Shown: piece after piece, positions 7,453 to 18,197 of the stretch
Layout of the letters: each line of letters opens with the position of its first letter
Numbering within the stretch: position 1 is the first letter of the stretch
From: Egicoccus sp.
GTDB taxonomy: Bacteria > Actinomycetota > Nitriliruptoria > Nitriliruptorales > Nitriliruptoraceae
Direction of reading: 5' to 3'
Length of the DNA: 64,000 bases
NCBI GenBank assembly: GCA_035462025.1
Contig: DATHUR010000130.1
Location: 1,575-65,574 of the forward strand
Translations under genes and position numbers: made by a program
The notes under the pieces: model-generated
What the model saw: the letters and a program-made list of their open reading frames with translations, nothing else
What the model was told of the DNA's origin: nothing
The model's database searches: none

Positions 7453-9459
7453 TCAGCCCGCCGTGTCGGGCCCGGTCGGTGTCGCCGCCGCAACCGAGAG
7501 GATCGCGTGCGCCGTCCGCCGCGCGAGCGCCATGCAGGTCAGCATCGGGTTCGACCCCACGGCCGTCGGGAACGCGGAGGTGTCACCGATCCAGACCCCG
7601 CGCGTGTCGTGCAACTGGCCCGTCGGGTCGGCCACGCTGGTCGCCGGGTCGGTGCCCATCCGGGCCGACCCCATCTGGTGGGCACTGAACATCACGCGGC
7701 CGCCGGCCCCGTCGCCCGCCTTCTGCGCCCGGGCGACGAACGCATCGAGGTCCTGTCCGCGCTGCCACATCGCCAACGACCGGTGGGTGTCGAAGACCAG
7801 CCTGGCCCCCGCCGCCGCGTGCAACTCGATCAGCGTGCGCATCGCGTGGCGCCGGACGGCGAGGTCGACCGGGTCGGTCAGCGGGTAGTGCACGACCGCC
7901 TCGCCGCGCTCGTCCAGCGTGACCGTCCCGCTGCCGTGGTCGCGGGTCACCGCCAGGAACGGCGCATTGCCCGGGAACCGGCCCATCATCAGCTTGTGTT
8001 GCCGGCCCGAGTTCCAGGGCACGACCGCACCCGAGATCGACGGGTGGAGGTGGGCGGTCTCGACCAGGTAGCCGTGTCCCTGATCGACGTCGCGGTGCTC
8101 GGTCACGATCGCCGCCTGCGGCGGCCCCCACCAGGCGCGCATGTCCTCGTCGTAGAGACCGACGACCATGGGCACCGGATGCAGGCGCAGGTGGCGGCCG
8201 ACGGCCGGCCCGCCGATCCCCGAGCGCAACAGGACCGCGGGTGTCTCGAGCGCCCCGGCAGCGACGACCACCTGGGGCGCGTGGACGGTCAGCGGCACGC
8301 GACGACCGTCGGGACGCCGATAGGTCGCCTCGACGCCGGTCGCGACGCCGTGCCGGGTCAGGATGCGTTCGACCCGGGCGCGGCACAGGATCCTGGCCCC
8401 GTTGGCCTCGGCGTCACGCAGGTAAGTACGGGTGGTGGACTGCTTGCTGCCCGTCCGGTCACCGAAGCCGACGTGTCCGGCCGTTGCCGGGTCGTAGGTG
8501 GCCGGGTCGGTGTTGCGGGCGGCCTTCTCCCACGCCTGGCCGAGCGCCTCGGCGCCGCGGGCCAACTTGTCGTTGACGCCGTTGAGGTGGGTGCAGTCGG
8601 TGTTGGCCGAGATGCGCTCGAGCACGGCCGTGAGGTGGTCGTCGAAGGTGGCCCCGTCGACGCCGTCGAGCCCGAACTCGTCGGCCCACTGGCGCCGGAC
8701 CGCGTCGGGCGGCCGCACGCAGTTGAGCCAGTTGATGGCGGTGCCGCCACCCAGTGTGCCGCCGGCGAGGATCGCGACGTTGCCGTCGGCGGTCAGGTTG
8801 AGCCCGCCCCGCCAGTACAGCGCCTCGAGGGCCGACAGCTCGTCGGCCGGGAAGTCGGGCGCCTCGAAGTGGCCGCCCGCCTCGAGCACGACCACCGACA
8901 GCCCGGCGGCGGCCAACTCGCCTGCGACGACACCGCCGCCGGCGCCGGAACCGATGACGACCACGTCCGCGTCGACCCGGGGCGCGTCGTCGTCCAGCGG
9001 CGGCGACCACGTCGCGAGCTCACGGGGGGGCGGGTCGACCGCGGGCGGGCCCGGGTAGCCGAGCTGGGACCAGTTCGGGTTGCGTCCGGTCGCGTCGACC
9101 TGGCCGTAGAACAGCTGCGAGACCAGCGCCCGCAGCCCGTCGATGCCGTCCCGCGCCTCGGCCGACGCCCGCGACAGGCCCTTGAGCACGGCTTCCCGTA
9201 CGGGCTGGGGCAGGCGGGCGAACCCGATGCCGCGGAGCACGTCGAGCAGCTTGCCGAGCTCGGCGAGGTCGTCGTCACCCAGCAGGGTCTCGAGCCGGGC
9301 GACCAGCGCCGGCACCAGGTCGAGATCACTGGCCCGCCGCGCCCAGAACCCGTGCGGGTCGTGCGACTGCGATCTCGGCGGGCGGACCGCCGGCGCGAAC
9401 GTGTCGGCCAGCGCGGACAGGATCTGCTGACGGTGGGGGTCGAGCACGACGTCGGACAT
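7453..9459 (-). CDS. GMC family FAD-dependent oxidoreductase (long-chain alcohol oxidase-like)
   Basis: VVVIGSGAGGGVVAGELA dinucleotide fold. C-terminal SAHQMGSARMG...GVWIGDTSAFPTAVGSNPMLT GMC signature. gcGAGGtagcc RBS before ATG 9459. Confidence 0.85.
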   Translation of the reverse strand: MSDVVLDPHRQQILSALADTFAPAVRPPRSQSHDPHGFWARRASDLDLVPALVARLETLLGDDDLAELGKLLDVLRGIGFARLPQPVREAVLKGLSRASAEARDGIDGLRALVSQLFYGQVDATGRNPNWSQLGYPGPPAVDPPPRELATWSPPLDDDAPRVDADVVVIGSGAGGGVVAGELAAAGLSVVVLEAGGHFEAPDFPADELSALEALYWRGGLNLTADGNVAILAGGTLGGGTAINWLNCVRPPDAVRRQWADEFGLDGVDGATFDDHLTAVLERISANTDCTHLNGVNDKLARGAEALGQAWEKAARNTDPATYDPATAGHVGFGDRTGSKQSTTRTYLRDAEANGARILCRARVERILTRHGVATGVEATYRRPDGRRVPLTVHAPQVVVAAGALETPAVLLRSGIGGPAVGRHLRLHPVPMVVGLYDEDMRAWWGPPQAAIVTEHRDVDQGHGYLVETAHLHPSISGAVVPWNSGRQHKLMMGRFPGNAPFLAVTRDHGSGTVTLDERGEAVVHYPLTDPVDLAVRRHAMRTLIELHAAAGARLVFDTHRSLAMWQRGQDLDAFVARAQKAGDGAGGRVMFSAHQMGSARMGTDPATSVADPTGQLHDTRGVWIGDTSAFPTAVGSNPMLTCMALARRTAHAILSVAAATPTGPDTAG

Positions 9460-9475
9460 GGCTACCTCGCAGATG

Positions 9476-9868
9476 TCAGCCGCGGACGAGTTGACGGTCC
9501 GGCGCGATCTTGAGGACCGCGCGCGGCGACCCGATGTTGTCGGGGTTGTAGTCCTTGCCCGTGTAGCGCTGCGAGCAGGCGTCGATGTGGGCCCGGGCCT
9601 CGTCGCCGTGGACCACCTCGACGACCCTGCCGCGCACCTCGACGTACTGGTAGGGGTTCTCCTTGTTCCAGACGAGCACGGTGACGCGCGGATCGCGCTC
9701 GACGTTGAGGAACTTCTGCCGCTCGACCTCGGTGTTGATCAGGATGTGGTCGTCGTCGGCATCGACCCACATCACCTGCGTCTGCGGGGTCCCGTCCTGG
9801 AACAGGGTGGTCAGCGCGGCGAAGTTCTTGCCGGTCGCGAACTCCTTGACCTTCGGCTCGAGCGGCAC
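9476..9868 (-). CDS. PPOX-class F420-dependent oxidoreductase family protein
   Basis: 130 aa. NFAALTTLFQDGTPQTQVMW...DPRVTVLV...YVEVRGRV pattern of the pyridoxamine-5'-phosphate-oxidase-like split barrel. Stop lies 16 nt upstream of the GMC start. Confidence 0.75.
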   Translation of the reverse strand: MPLEPKVKEFATGKNFAALTTLFQDGTPQTQVMWVDADDDHILINTEVERQKFLNVERDPRVTVLVWNKENPYQYVEVRGRVVEVVHGDEARAHIDACSQRYTGKDYNPDNIGSPRAVLKIAPDRQLVRG

Positions 9869-9991
9869 GTGCGACTCCTTGGTGGTGGGATGCCGACGCT
9901 AGGCCACGGGCCGCCCCGCGCCCTACTCGGGTACCGTCCGACGCCCCCCGGCGTCCGACACGACGCCGTTCGCGAGGAGGTCGTAGTCGGT

Positions 9992-10447
9992 TTGAGCACG
10001 TCAGCCGCCGAGCCCGCCCAGGTCGCCTCGACCGCCACCTTCGCACTGGACGCCGCGACCTGGGACGCCCTGGTCGAACACGCCTGGTCCGACTTCCCCT
10101 ACGAGGTGTGCGGGCTGCTCGGCGTGCGCCCCGACGGCGGACTCGTCCACTTCCCGATCGACAACGCCGAACGCTCCATGACCTACTACGTCATGGATGC
10201 CAAGCAACTGCTGCGGGCGATGCGCGAGATCGAGGACGAGGGCTGGGGCCTGGCGATCTACCACTCGCACACCCACACGCAGGCGTATCCGTCGGCGACC
10301 GACATCCGTCTGGCCGCGTACCCCGAGGCGACCTACCTGATCGTCACGCTGCAGGACCGTGACCATCCCGACGTGCGCGGGTTCAGCATCGTCGACGGCG
10401 TCGTGACCGAGCAGCACGTCGTCGTCCCCGATCGCGAGGTTGCCTGA
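9992..10447 (+). CDS. mec: JAMM/MPN+ metalloprotease (Mec-type CysO-cysteine peptidase)
   Basis: HSHTHTQAYPSATD = JAMM HxHx7Sx2D. EVCGLLG upstream glutamate motif. TTG 9992 sits 11 nt after gaggagg, so the start is uncertain. Confidence 0.8.
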   Translation: MSTSAAEPAQVASTATFALDAATWDALVEHAWSDFPYEVCGLLGVRPDGGLVHFPIDNAERSMTYYVMDAKQLLRAMREIEDEGWGLAIYHSHTHTQAYPSATDIRLAAYPEATYLIVTLQDRDHPDVRGFSIVDGVVTEQHVVVPDREVA

Positions 10448-10815
10448 TGTCGTACCTGGGTCCGCTGGTCCGCCGCGGCTGGAAGTTCGCCCCGATCGTG
10501 GTGCAGGCGGCCAAGCAGGCCGATCGTCACGTCCGACCCCACTATCGCGCATGGCAGTTGGCCAACGCGGTGGACGGGTGGGTCGGCCGCTGGACCGACA
10601 ACGACGGCACCCACTGGGTCGTGTTCAAGACCCCCGACGCCCCGCCGCTCCAGGCGTTCCCACCGTTGCGCGAGGCCGAACTCGAACGCGTGGGCCGTGA
10701 ACTGAACCGCGGCTCGCTCAAGCGGCACGACGCACTGCCCGAGGCGAACGCGCTGCGAAAGGTCGGCCAGGTGCGCGACCTGCCCGGCAAGCTCACCCCG
10801 AAGCGAAAGCGCTAG
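10447..10815 (+). CDS. hypothetical basic protein, translationally coupled to mec
   Basis: ATG shares one base with the mec TGA (tgATG). 122 aa, Trp-rich core, Lys/Arg-rich tail (KLTPKRKR). No family recognised. Confidence 0.55.
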   Translation: MSYLGPLVRRGWKFAPIVVQAAKQADRHVRPHYRAWQLANAVDGWVGRWTDNDGTHWVVFKTPDAPPLQAFPPLREAELERVGRELNRGSLKRHDALPEANALRKVGQVRDLPGKLTPKRKR

Positions 10816-10857
10816 CCGACCGCGCCACCCTCACGAAACGCACCGCCGGCCCTGCGG

Positions 10858-12483
10858 TCACGTGGTGAGGTCGCGGTGGCCGAAGGCGGCGAGGGCGACA
10901 CCGACGAAGGTCGCCGCCAGCGCGAGCAGCACCAGGGTCGGCGTCCACGCCATCGGGTCGACGGGGACCAGTGGGGGGTGGGTGAAGGGGGAGACGTTCG
11001 AGATCGCCTGCGGCAGGTCGAGTACCTCGCCGAACTGGCTCACCACGAGTCCGGCCACCAGCGCGCTCCAGCCGAACGGCGTCGCCCACGCCGGCCGCAC
11101 GGCGAAGACGAACGTCACGACACCGCCCAGCAACAGTGCCGCCGGGATCTGCACGAGCGCCGCCGACGCCGGCCCACCGAACCCGCCCGCGACATCGCCG
11201 ATGACGAGCCCGTAGGTGAGCCCGGCTGCGGCACCCGCGGCGGCCAGCAGCAGGGCCGTACCGACGAGCGCGATCGTCACGTGCGAGAGCATCCAGCGGG
11301 ACCGCGACACGGCGGTCGCGAGGATCGGCTCGACCCGCCCTGCCGCTTCCTCCACGCGCATGCGCAGCAGGGCCTGCACCGTGTACCCGGCCGTGGCGAT
11401 GCCGAGCAGTCGCATGAGGAAGGCGAAGTACGAGTCCACGATCGTGCCGTCGCCCATCGCTTCGAGGATTTCGACGAACTGCGCACTGAGGTCGGCGAAC
11501 TCGTCGACGGCGTCGCCGACGCTCCCGAACGCGGCGCCGGCGATGACCAGGCCTGTTGCCCACGCGACCAGCACCCAGCGCTGTTGTCGCCACGCGAGCC
11601 CGATCGGGCTCAGCAGCGCGGACGGGGCCTCGCGCGGCCCGCGCGGCACGTCGCGCATCCCGCTGCCGACGTCGCGGTGGTCGGTCAGGACCACGGCGAG
11701 GGCGACGAGCGCGGCCGACGCCCCCAGGAAGAGCAGCAGGATCCACGGGCGGGCGTCGGCGTACGGGCGCAGCTGCTGCCCCCACCCGATGGGCGACAAC
11801 CACGACGGCCAGGCGCTGACGACCTGGAGCCCGTTGTCGGCCGCCTCGCCGGCGACATCGCCCACCGCACGGACCAGGAACGCCACGCCGATGGCGGCGC
11901 TCGCCCAGCCGTTGGCGGCTCGAGCCTGTTCGGCGATCTGGGCGGCGACGGCGGCGATCCCGGCGAAGACCAGGCCGACGGCCCCGTACGACGCGCCGGC
12001 CAGCAGCGATCCGCGGACGGGGAGCCCGTTGACCACGACGAGCGCGCTGGTGACGAGCGCGGCCAGGACGAGGTTCGCACCGAACGCCACCACCAGGGCG
12101 GCCGCCAGGCGGGCGTGCCGTCCCACGACACCGGCCCCCATCATCTCGGCCCGGCCGGTCTCCTCGTCCTGCCGGGTGTGCCGGACGACGGTCTGGATGC
12201 TGAACAGCCCGATGAGCACGGCCGTGAACAGGTAGGCCTCGGTCGTCGCGAGCGAACCGGGTTCGGGCCCCGCGGCCGGCCCGTCGAAGATGCGCGAGAT
12301 CCGGTTGCCGGCGGTGAAGGCGGCCGCCTCGAGACGTTCGGCGTCGGTCGCGTAGAGCGCGATCACGCTGCCGGCGGTCGCCGAGACAAGCGCGGTCAGG
12401 CTCATGAGCCAGACGGTGGCGACGACCCGGTCACGACGCAGCGCCAACCGGATGAGGCGGGGGGTTGCGGTGAGTGTGGTCAC
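10858..12483 (-). CDS. ABC exporter permease (large multi-TM, 'polyketide-antibiotic exporter'-like)
   Basis: GTG 12483 overlaps the ATPase stop (GTGA). About 541 aa of repeated hydrophobic helices. The upstream part of track ORF 10858..13017 is Arg/Pro junk. Confidence 0.75.
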   Translation of the reverse strand: MTTLTATPRLIRLALRRDRVVATVWLMSLTALVSATAGSVIALYATDAERLEAAAFTAGNRISRIFDGPAAGPEPGSLATTEAYLFTAVLIGLFSIQTVVRHTRQDEETGRAEMMGAGVVGRHARLAAALVVAFGANLVLAALVTSALVVVNGLPVRGSLLAGASYGAVGLVFAGIAAVAAQIAEQARAANGWASAAIGVAFLVRAVGDVAGEAADNGLQVVSAWPSWLSPIGWGQQLRPYADARPWILLLFLGASAALVALAVVLTDHRDVGSGMRDVPRGPREAPSALLSPIGLAWRQQRWVLVAWATGLVIAGAAFGSVGDAVDEFADLSAQFVEILEAMGDGTIVDSYFAFLMRLLGIATAGYTVQALLRMRVEEAAGRVEPILATAVSRSRWMLSHVTIALVGTALLLAAAGAAAGLTYGLVIGDVAGGFGGPASAALVQIPAALLLGGVVTFVFAVRPAWATPFGWSALVAGLVVSQFGEVLDLPQAISNVSPFTHPPLVPVDPMAWTPTLVLLALAATFVGVALAAFGHRDLTT

Positions 12484-13397
12484 CGGGCCATCTCGCCATT
12501 CTCCGGCGTGGCGGTCTCGTCTCCGTAGTGGCGCAGGAACAGCTGCTCGAGCGTCGGCGGGGTGGCGACGAGCGACCGGATACCGGCCCTGGTGAGGTGG
12601 CTCATCGCGGTCTGGAGGGCGTTGGGGTCGACCTCGAAGTGGAGGTGGCGGTGATCGATGACGAGGTCGTGCACCCCCGCGATCCGGTCCAGTCCGGCTG
12701 GTTCGCGTTCGGTCTCGACCGTGACCGAGGTCCGGGTCAGGTGACGCAGGTCCGCCAGGGTCCCGGTCTCGACGATGCGTCCCTCGCGGATGATGCTGAT
12801 GCGGTCGCACAGCTTCTCGGCCTCGGCCAGGATGTGGCTCGAGAGCAGGATCGTGCTCCCGCGGCCCCGCACCTCGTGCACGACCTGCTGGAACACCGAG
12901 TCCATCAGCGGGTCGAGTCCCGAGGTGGGTTCGTCGAGCAGGTAGAGGTCGACGAACGACGACATCGCGGCGATCAGACCGACCTTCTGCCGGTTGCCCT
13001 TCGAGTAGGTCGAGCAACGCTTGGTCGGGTCGAGCTTGAAGCGCTCGATCAGGTCGTCACGCCGCGGCTTGTCGATACCGCCACGCAGGTCGCCGAGCAG
13101 GTCGATCGCCTCACCGCCGGACAGGTTGGGCCACAGGTGGACGTCGCCTGGGACGTACGCGAGGTGGCGGTGGAGGTCGACCGCGTCCTCCCATGGGCGC
13201 CGGCCGAGGACCTCGACCTCGCCGCGGTCCTTGCGCAGCAGCCCGAGCAGGATCCGGATCGTGGTGGACTTGCCGGCGCCGTTGGGCCCCAGGAATCCGT
13301 GGACCTCGCCCGGCGCGACGGTGAGGTCGAGACCGTCGAGCGCGCGCGTGGTCCCGAAGGTCTTCACCAGCCCGGTGGCGCGGATCGCGGCATCCAT
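12480..13397 (-). CDS. ABC transporter ATP-binding protein (DrrA-like)
   Basis: Walker [10 protein letters not shown], signature LSGGE(A), Walker [14 protein letters not shown]-loop SSHIL. Confidence 0.9.
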   Translation of the reverse strand: MDAAIRATGLVKTFGTTRALDGLDLTVAPGEVHGFLGPNGAGKSTTIRILLGLLRKDRGEVEVLGRRPWEDAVDLHRHLAYVPGDVHLWPNLSGGEAIDLLGDLRGGIDKPRRDDLIERFKLDPTKRCSTYSKGNRQKVGLIAAMSSFVDLYLLDEPTSGLDPLMDSVFQQVVHEVRGRGSTILLSSHILAEAEKLCDRISIIREGRIVETGTLADLRHLTRTSVTVETEREPAGLDRIAGVHDLVIDHRHLHFEVDPNALQTAMSHLTRAGIRSLVATPPTLEQLFLRHYGDETATPENGEMAR

Positions 13398-13493
13398 GAC
13401 GGACCGTTCGAGACGGCGTGACAGGACGTGACGCCCGACCGACGGTAACCCGGCCGCCGTGTCGCGACCAGAGCAACTCGGCCTCTGCCCGGC

Positions 13494-14693
13494 TCAGGCG
13501 CCGACCGCTGCCGCCAACGCCGGGGCGAGGTCGCCACGGTCCTCGACGACCACGTCGGGCACGTCGAGCCATGCACCCAGATCGGCCAACTCGGCCGCCA
13601 GTTCGCGCGCGACGTGCACCCGGTCGACGCCGTCCTCGGCGAAGGCGCCGCGCACGAGCAACCGACCGGCGGGACGGTCGGCCTTGAGGTCCACGCGGGC
13701 GACGATGTCCTCGCCGAGCAGGAACGGCAGCACGTAGTAGCCGTGCACGCGCTTGGGCTCGGGGACGTAGATCTCGATGCGGTAGTGGAAGCCGAACAGC
13801 CGCAGGGCCCGCTCGCGCCGCCACACCAGCGGGTCGAACGGCGACAGCAGCGTGCGGGCCGGGTACGAGCGAGCCGCACCGGCGTCGGGGTGGCGGTAGA
13901 CCGGCTCGTCGCCCCAGCCGCGGACGCGGACCTCCTCGAGCAGCCCGGCGGCGACCAGCCGGGCGAGTGCCGGTCGCACGTCGCGGGTGACCAGCCGGTG
14001 GTGGTCGGCGAGGTCGGCCGCCGTGCCGATCCCGTGCGCGGCCGCGGCACGCAGCATCAACCGCTCCCGCGCCTGTTCGAGCGGCGGGACCTCGGTCTCG
14101 CGGACCGGGTGGGGGATGACCCGGTGGGCGAGGTCGTAGACCGCGACGAAGTTGGGGGTGCGGTGGTGGATCGCGAGGTCGCCGCGTACCGCCAGGTAGT
14201 CCAGCGCGAGACGCCCCTTCGGCATGCCCCACCACGGTCCCGTGCGCTCGCCCGGGTCCTCGAGGTCGCGGATGCTGCGGGGCCCGTGCGCGTCGATCTC
14301 GGCCATCACCGCGTCGAGGTAGCCCGGGTGGGCCTGTTCGACCTCGCGGATCTGCCCCCACACCTGGGTCTCGGCGCGACGGTGGTGCAGCAGCGGCCAC
14401 ACGTCGACCGACGACAGCGACGCGACGTGGATCCAGCCCTCGTACTGCTCGCGGGAGTGCCACAGCCAGCGGTCGCGCGCGGCCCGGTCGTGCGGCCCGA
14501 TCCGCGACCAGAACGGCAGCTCGTGGGCGCGGGCGAGCACGTTTACGCTGTCGAGCTGCACGATGTCGACCGTGTCGACGACGCGACGGAAGTGGCGAAC
14601 GTCGCGGCGGACACCCACCGGCGGCCGCGCGCGACCGAAGCCCATCGCCGTCAGGGCGATGCGCCGCGCATGTCGTGCCGACAGGGTCCGCAT
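13494..14693 (-). CDS. winged-helix DNA glycosylase of the YcaQ/AlkZ (DUF1006) family
   Basis: RRIALTAMGF...VDIVQLDSVNVLARAHELPFWSR...YEGWIH...YYVLPFLLGEDIVARVDLKADR. The Q-L-D motif resembles the YcaQ-like (Q-phi-D) subgroup. Confidence 0.75.
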   Translation of the reverse strand: MRTLSARHARRIALTAMGFGRARPPVGVRRDVRHFRRVVDTVDIVQLDSVNVLARAHELPFWSRIGPHDRAARDRWLWHSREQYEGWIHVASLSSVDVWPLLHHRRAETQVWGQIREVEQAHPGYLDAVMAEIDAHGPRSIRDLEDPGERTGPWWGMPKGRLALDYLAVRGDLAIHHRTPNFVAVYDLAHRVIPHPVRETEVPPLEQARERLMLRAAAAHGIGTAADLADHHRLVTRDVRPALARLVAAGLLEEVRVRGWGDEPVYRHPDAGAARSYPARTLLSPFDPLVWRRERALRLFGFHYRIEIYVPEPKRVHGYYVLPFLLGEDIVARVDLKADRPAGRLLVRGAFAEDGVDRVHVARELAAELADLGAWLDVPDVVVEDRGDLAPALAAAVGA

Positions 14694-14732
14694 AGATGCG
14701 CGGACGCTACTCGGCGACGCGGACAGCGTCGG

Positions 14733-16163
<1,431 letters not shown>

Positions 16164-16194
16164 CGGACGAGCCTCGGGAGACGGGCCCGGCAAC

Positions 16195-17463
16195 CTACTG
16201 GTCGGGCATGAGTGCGGCGAGTTCGGTCGAGGGTGGCAGGTCGAGGTCGACCAGGCGGCGGACCGCGCGCTCCGCCGGAGCCAGGCCATCGACCGCGCCG
16301 TCGCGGTCGTCCCACACCTCGTCGAAGTGGCCGTACCGGTAGGCCTTCGGCACCCGCGGGTCGAGGTAGCTGGCCCGGCACACCGCCCGGGTGTTGCCGA
16401 GGCGCTCGGCGGCGGCGTCGATCGCGGCCAGGATGTTCGCGTCGGCCTCGCGCTGATCGGCCGGCGGACCGAGGTCGCGCAGCGTCTGCGCCGCGACGAC
16501 CGTGCCGCCCCAGGTGCGGAAGTCCTTGGCGGTCAGGTCGTCCCCCGCGACCTCGCGCAGGTAGGCGTTGACGTCACCCGAGTCGACCTGGTGCCAGGTC
16601 TCGTCGTCGTCCTGCCAGGCGAACAGGCGCTGGCCGGGGATCTCCTCGCAGCGCAGCAACTGGCGGGCCAGACGCGGGTGGCGCAACTCGAGGTCCTGCT
16701 CCTGGCCGCTCTTGCCCGGGAACGAGAAGTGGACCCGGGTGCCGTGGACGTCGACGTGTTCGCATTCCAGGGTGGTCAGCCCGATCGCGCCGCCGTCCTC
16801 GTCCGGCTCGCGGCTGCCGATCCGGATCATGGTCTCGTCGAGCAGCGCGACCACCAGGGCCAGGACCCGCTCGCGCGACAGCATGCGGGCCCGCAGGTCG
16901 CGGTCGACCGCCTCGCGGATGGTGGGCAGGGCATCGGCGAACGCGCCCATGCGGTGGAACTTGGTCGCGTCGCGGACGGCGCGCCACCGCGGGTGGTAGC
17001 GGTACTGCTTGCGGCCGGCGTCGTCGACACCCGTTGCCTGCACGTGCCCGGCCGGATCCTCGCAGATCCACACGTCGGTCCACGCCGGCGGGATCGCGAG
17101 CGCCTTCATCCGCTCGCGCTCGGCGCCCTCGACCAGGCGGCCGTCGGCACGGACGTACGAGAAGCCACGACCTCGGCGGACCCGACGCACCCCGGGTTCG
17201 TCGTCGCCGACGTACACCAGTCCCGCGGCCTCGGCGTGGGCCTGCGGTGGGGCGTCCGCCGGCAGAGCGGCGACCACCGGCAGGATGCCGGTGACGGTCG
17301 GGTCGTCGTCGGTGTCGGTGGTCACGAGGTGTGGATACCGACGCGCGGACCAGCCCGCCGTCGCACGGGCAGGTCCGCCGGTGGTGGCCGTCGCCCGCCG
17401 CGTGCGTTCCGGCGCCCGAAGGTCCGGGCCGGCGTGCGACGTTCCCGGCGCGTCGCCCGTCAT
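16195..17463 (-). CDS. DNA topoisomerase IB (poxvirus-type bacterial TopIB)
   Basis: IPPAWTDVWI, GRKQYRYHP, LTAKDFRTWGGT, NTRAVCRASYLDP (active-site Tyr). Start is ambiguous: ATG 17463 (ggggg 6 nt upstream) or GTG 17325. Confidence 0.8.
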   Translation of the reverse strand: MTGDAPGTSHAGPDLRAPERTRRATATTGGPARATAGWSARRYPHLVTTDTDDDPTVTGILPVVAALPADAPPQAHAEAAGLVYVGDDEPGVRRVRRGRGFSYVRADGRLVEGAERERMKALAIPPAWTDVWICEDPAGHVQATGVDDAGRKQYRYHPRWRAVRDATKFHRMGAFADALPTIREAVDRDLRARMLSRERVLALVVALLDETMIRIGSREPDEDGGAIGLTTLECEHVDVHGTRVHFSFPGKSGQEQDLELRHPRLARQLLRCEEIPGQRLFAWQDDDETWHQVDSGDVNAYLREVAGDDLTAKDFRTWGGTVVAAQTLRDLGPPADQREADANILAAIDAAAERLGNTRAVCRASYLDPRVPKAYRYGHFDEVWDDRDGAVDGLAPAERAVRRLVDLDLPPSTELAALMPDQ

Positions 17464-17490
17464 ACTGCGCCCCCGACATGGAGGTGGGGA

Positions 17491-17739
17491 ATGACCGACC
17501 GCGGGCTGCCGGGCGGTATCGAACAGGGCGGCCACGTGCGCGTCGTCACGCTCGACCAGGCCGCCGTCGAGGCGCGTGACCTGCTCGACGACTTCGAGAC
17601 GCGCTACGGCCTGCCCTCGGTCGAACGCGCCCGCGCCTTCACCGACGCGGACGGCGAGTTGCAGCGCACCGGCGACTACTTGCTGTGGAGCGCGACGTTC
17701 GAGCGCTGGCGGGAACTGACGGGCCGGACCACCGGCTGA
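17491..17739 (+). CDS. hypothetical small protein (82 aa)
   Basis: ATG preceded by a strong ggaggtgggga RBS. Divergent from TopIB. No family recognised. Confidence 0.55.
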   Translation: MTDRGLPGGIEQGGHVRVVTLDQAAVEARDLLDDFETRYGLPSVERARAFTDADGELQRTGDYLLWSATFERWRELTGRTTG

Positions 17740-17915
17740 CGGCCCCGGCCCGTCCCGGCATGGGAAGGATCGCCGGACCGGAGGCGTTGCCCCGCAACGA
17801 AGACCGGCTGCCGTCCCGCCCACGGATAGGCTGCCGTCTCCACGCCCGGCCCGAACGCGCGACCCCGCGCCGGCGGCCGCAGCCCCCGTTCCCGACCGCT
17901 TCGAGGTACATCGCC

Positions 17916-18194
17916 ATGCCCGTCGTCCGCATCCCCACCGTGCTGCGCAAGCACACCGACAACCAGGCCAAGGTCGAGGCCGGCGGTGACACGGTCCGCG
18001 AGGTGTTCGGCAACCTGACCGGCGCGCACCCGGGCCTGCAGGACCAACTGTTCGACGACGGCGAGGTCCGCGGGTTCATCAACGTCTACGTCGACGACGA
18101 GGACATCCGCTACGTCGACGGCCTCGACACCAAGGTGGACGAGGACACCGAGATCGCGATCATGCCGGCGGTCGCCGGTGGCTCTGGCGCCTGA
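17916..18194 (+). CDS. cysO: MoaD/ThiS-family sulfur carrier protein CysO
   Basis: 92 aa beta-grasp-like sequence ending ...IMPAVAGG-SGA. Lies immediately upstream of cysM. GAGG RBS 9 nt before the ATG. Confidence 0.8.
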   Translation: MPVVRIPTVLRKHTDNQAKVEAGGDTVREVFGNLTGAHPGLQDQLFDDGEVRGFINVYVDDEDIRYVDGLDTKVDEDTEIAIMPAVAGGSGA

Positions 18195-18197
18195 CGC

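Noticed and set aside
7507-9513. A 668-aa ORF on the plus strand exactly mirroring the GMC oxidoreductase gene. Similar long shadow ORFs occur elsewhere (e.g. 5616..7259, 3127..4539, 38213..40270, 57004..59169, 10876..12528).
   Set aside because: Their translations are Arg/Pro/Gly/Ala/Asp-rich low-complexity strings with no recognisable motifs. Each overlaps, antisense or out of frame, a gene with clear family signatures. This is the expected stop-codon-poor behaviour of very GC-rich DNA.
9992-10815. The JAMM protease plus unknown ORF as a bacterial ubiquitin-like (Bil-type) or CBASS Cap3-type conjugation or defence module.
   Set aside because: No E1, E2, ubiquitin-like, cyclase or effector genes are nearby. 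The JAMM protein matches the small Mec type, and a CysO/CysM pair that explains its role lies in the same window.
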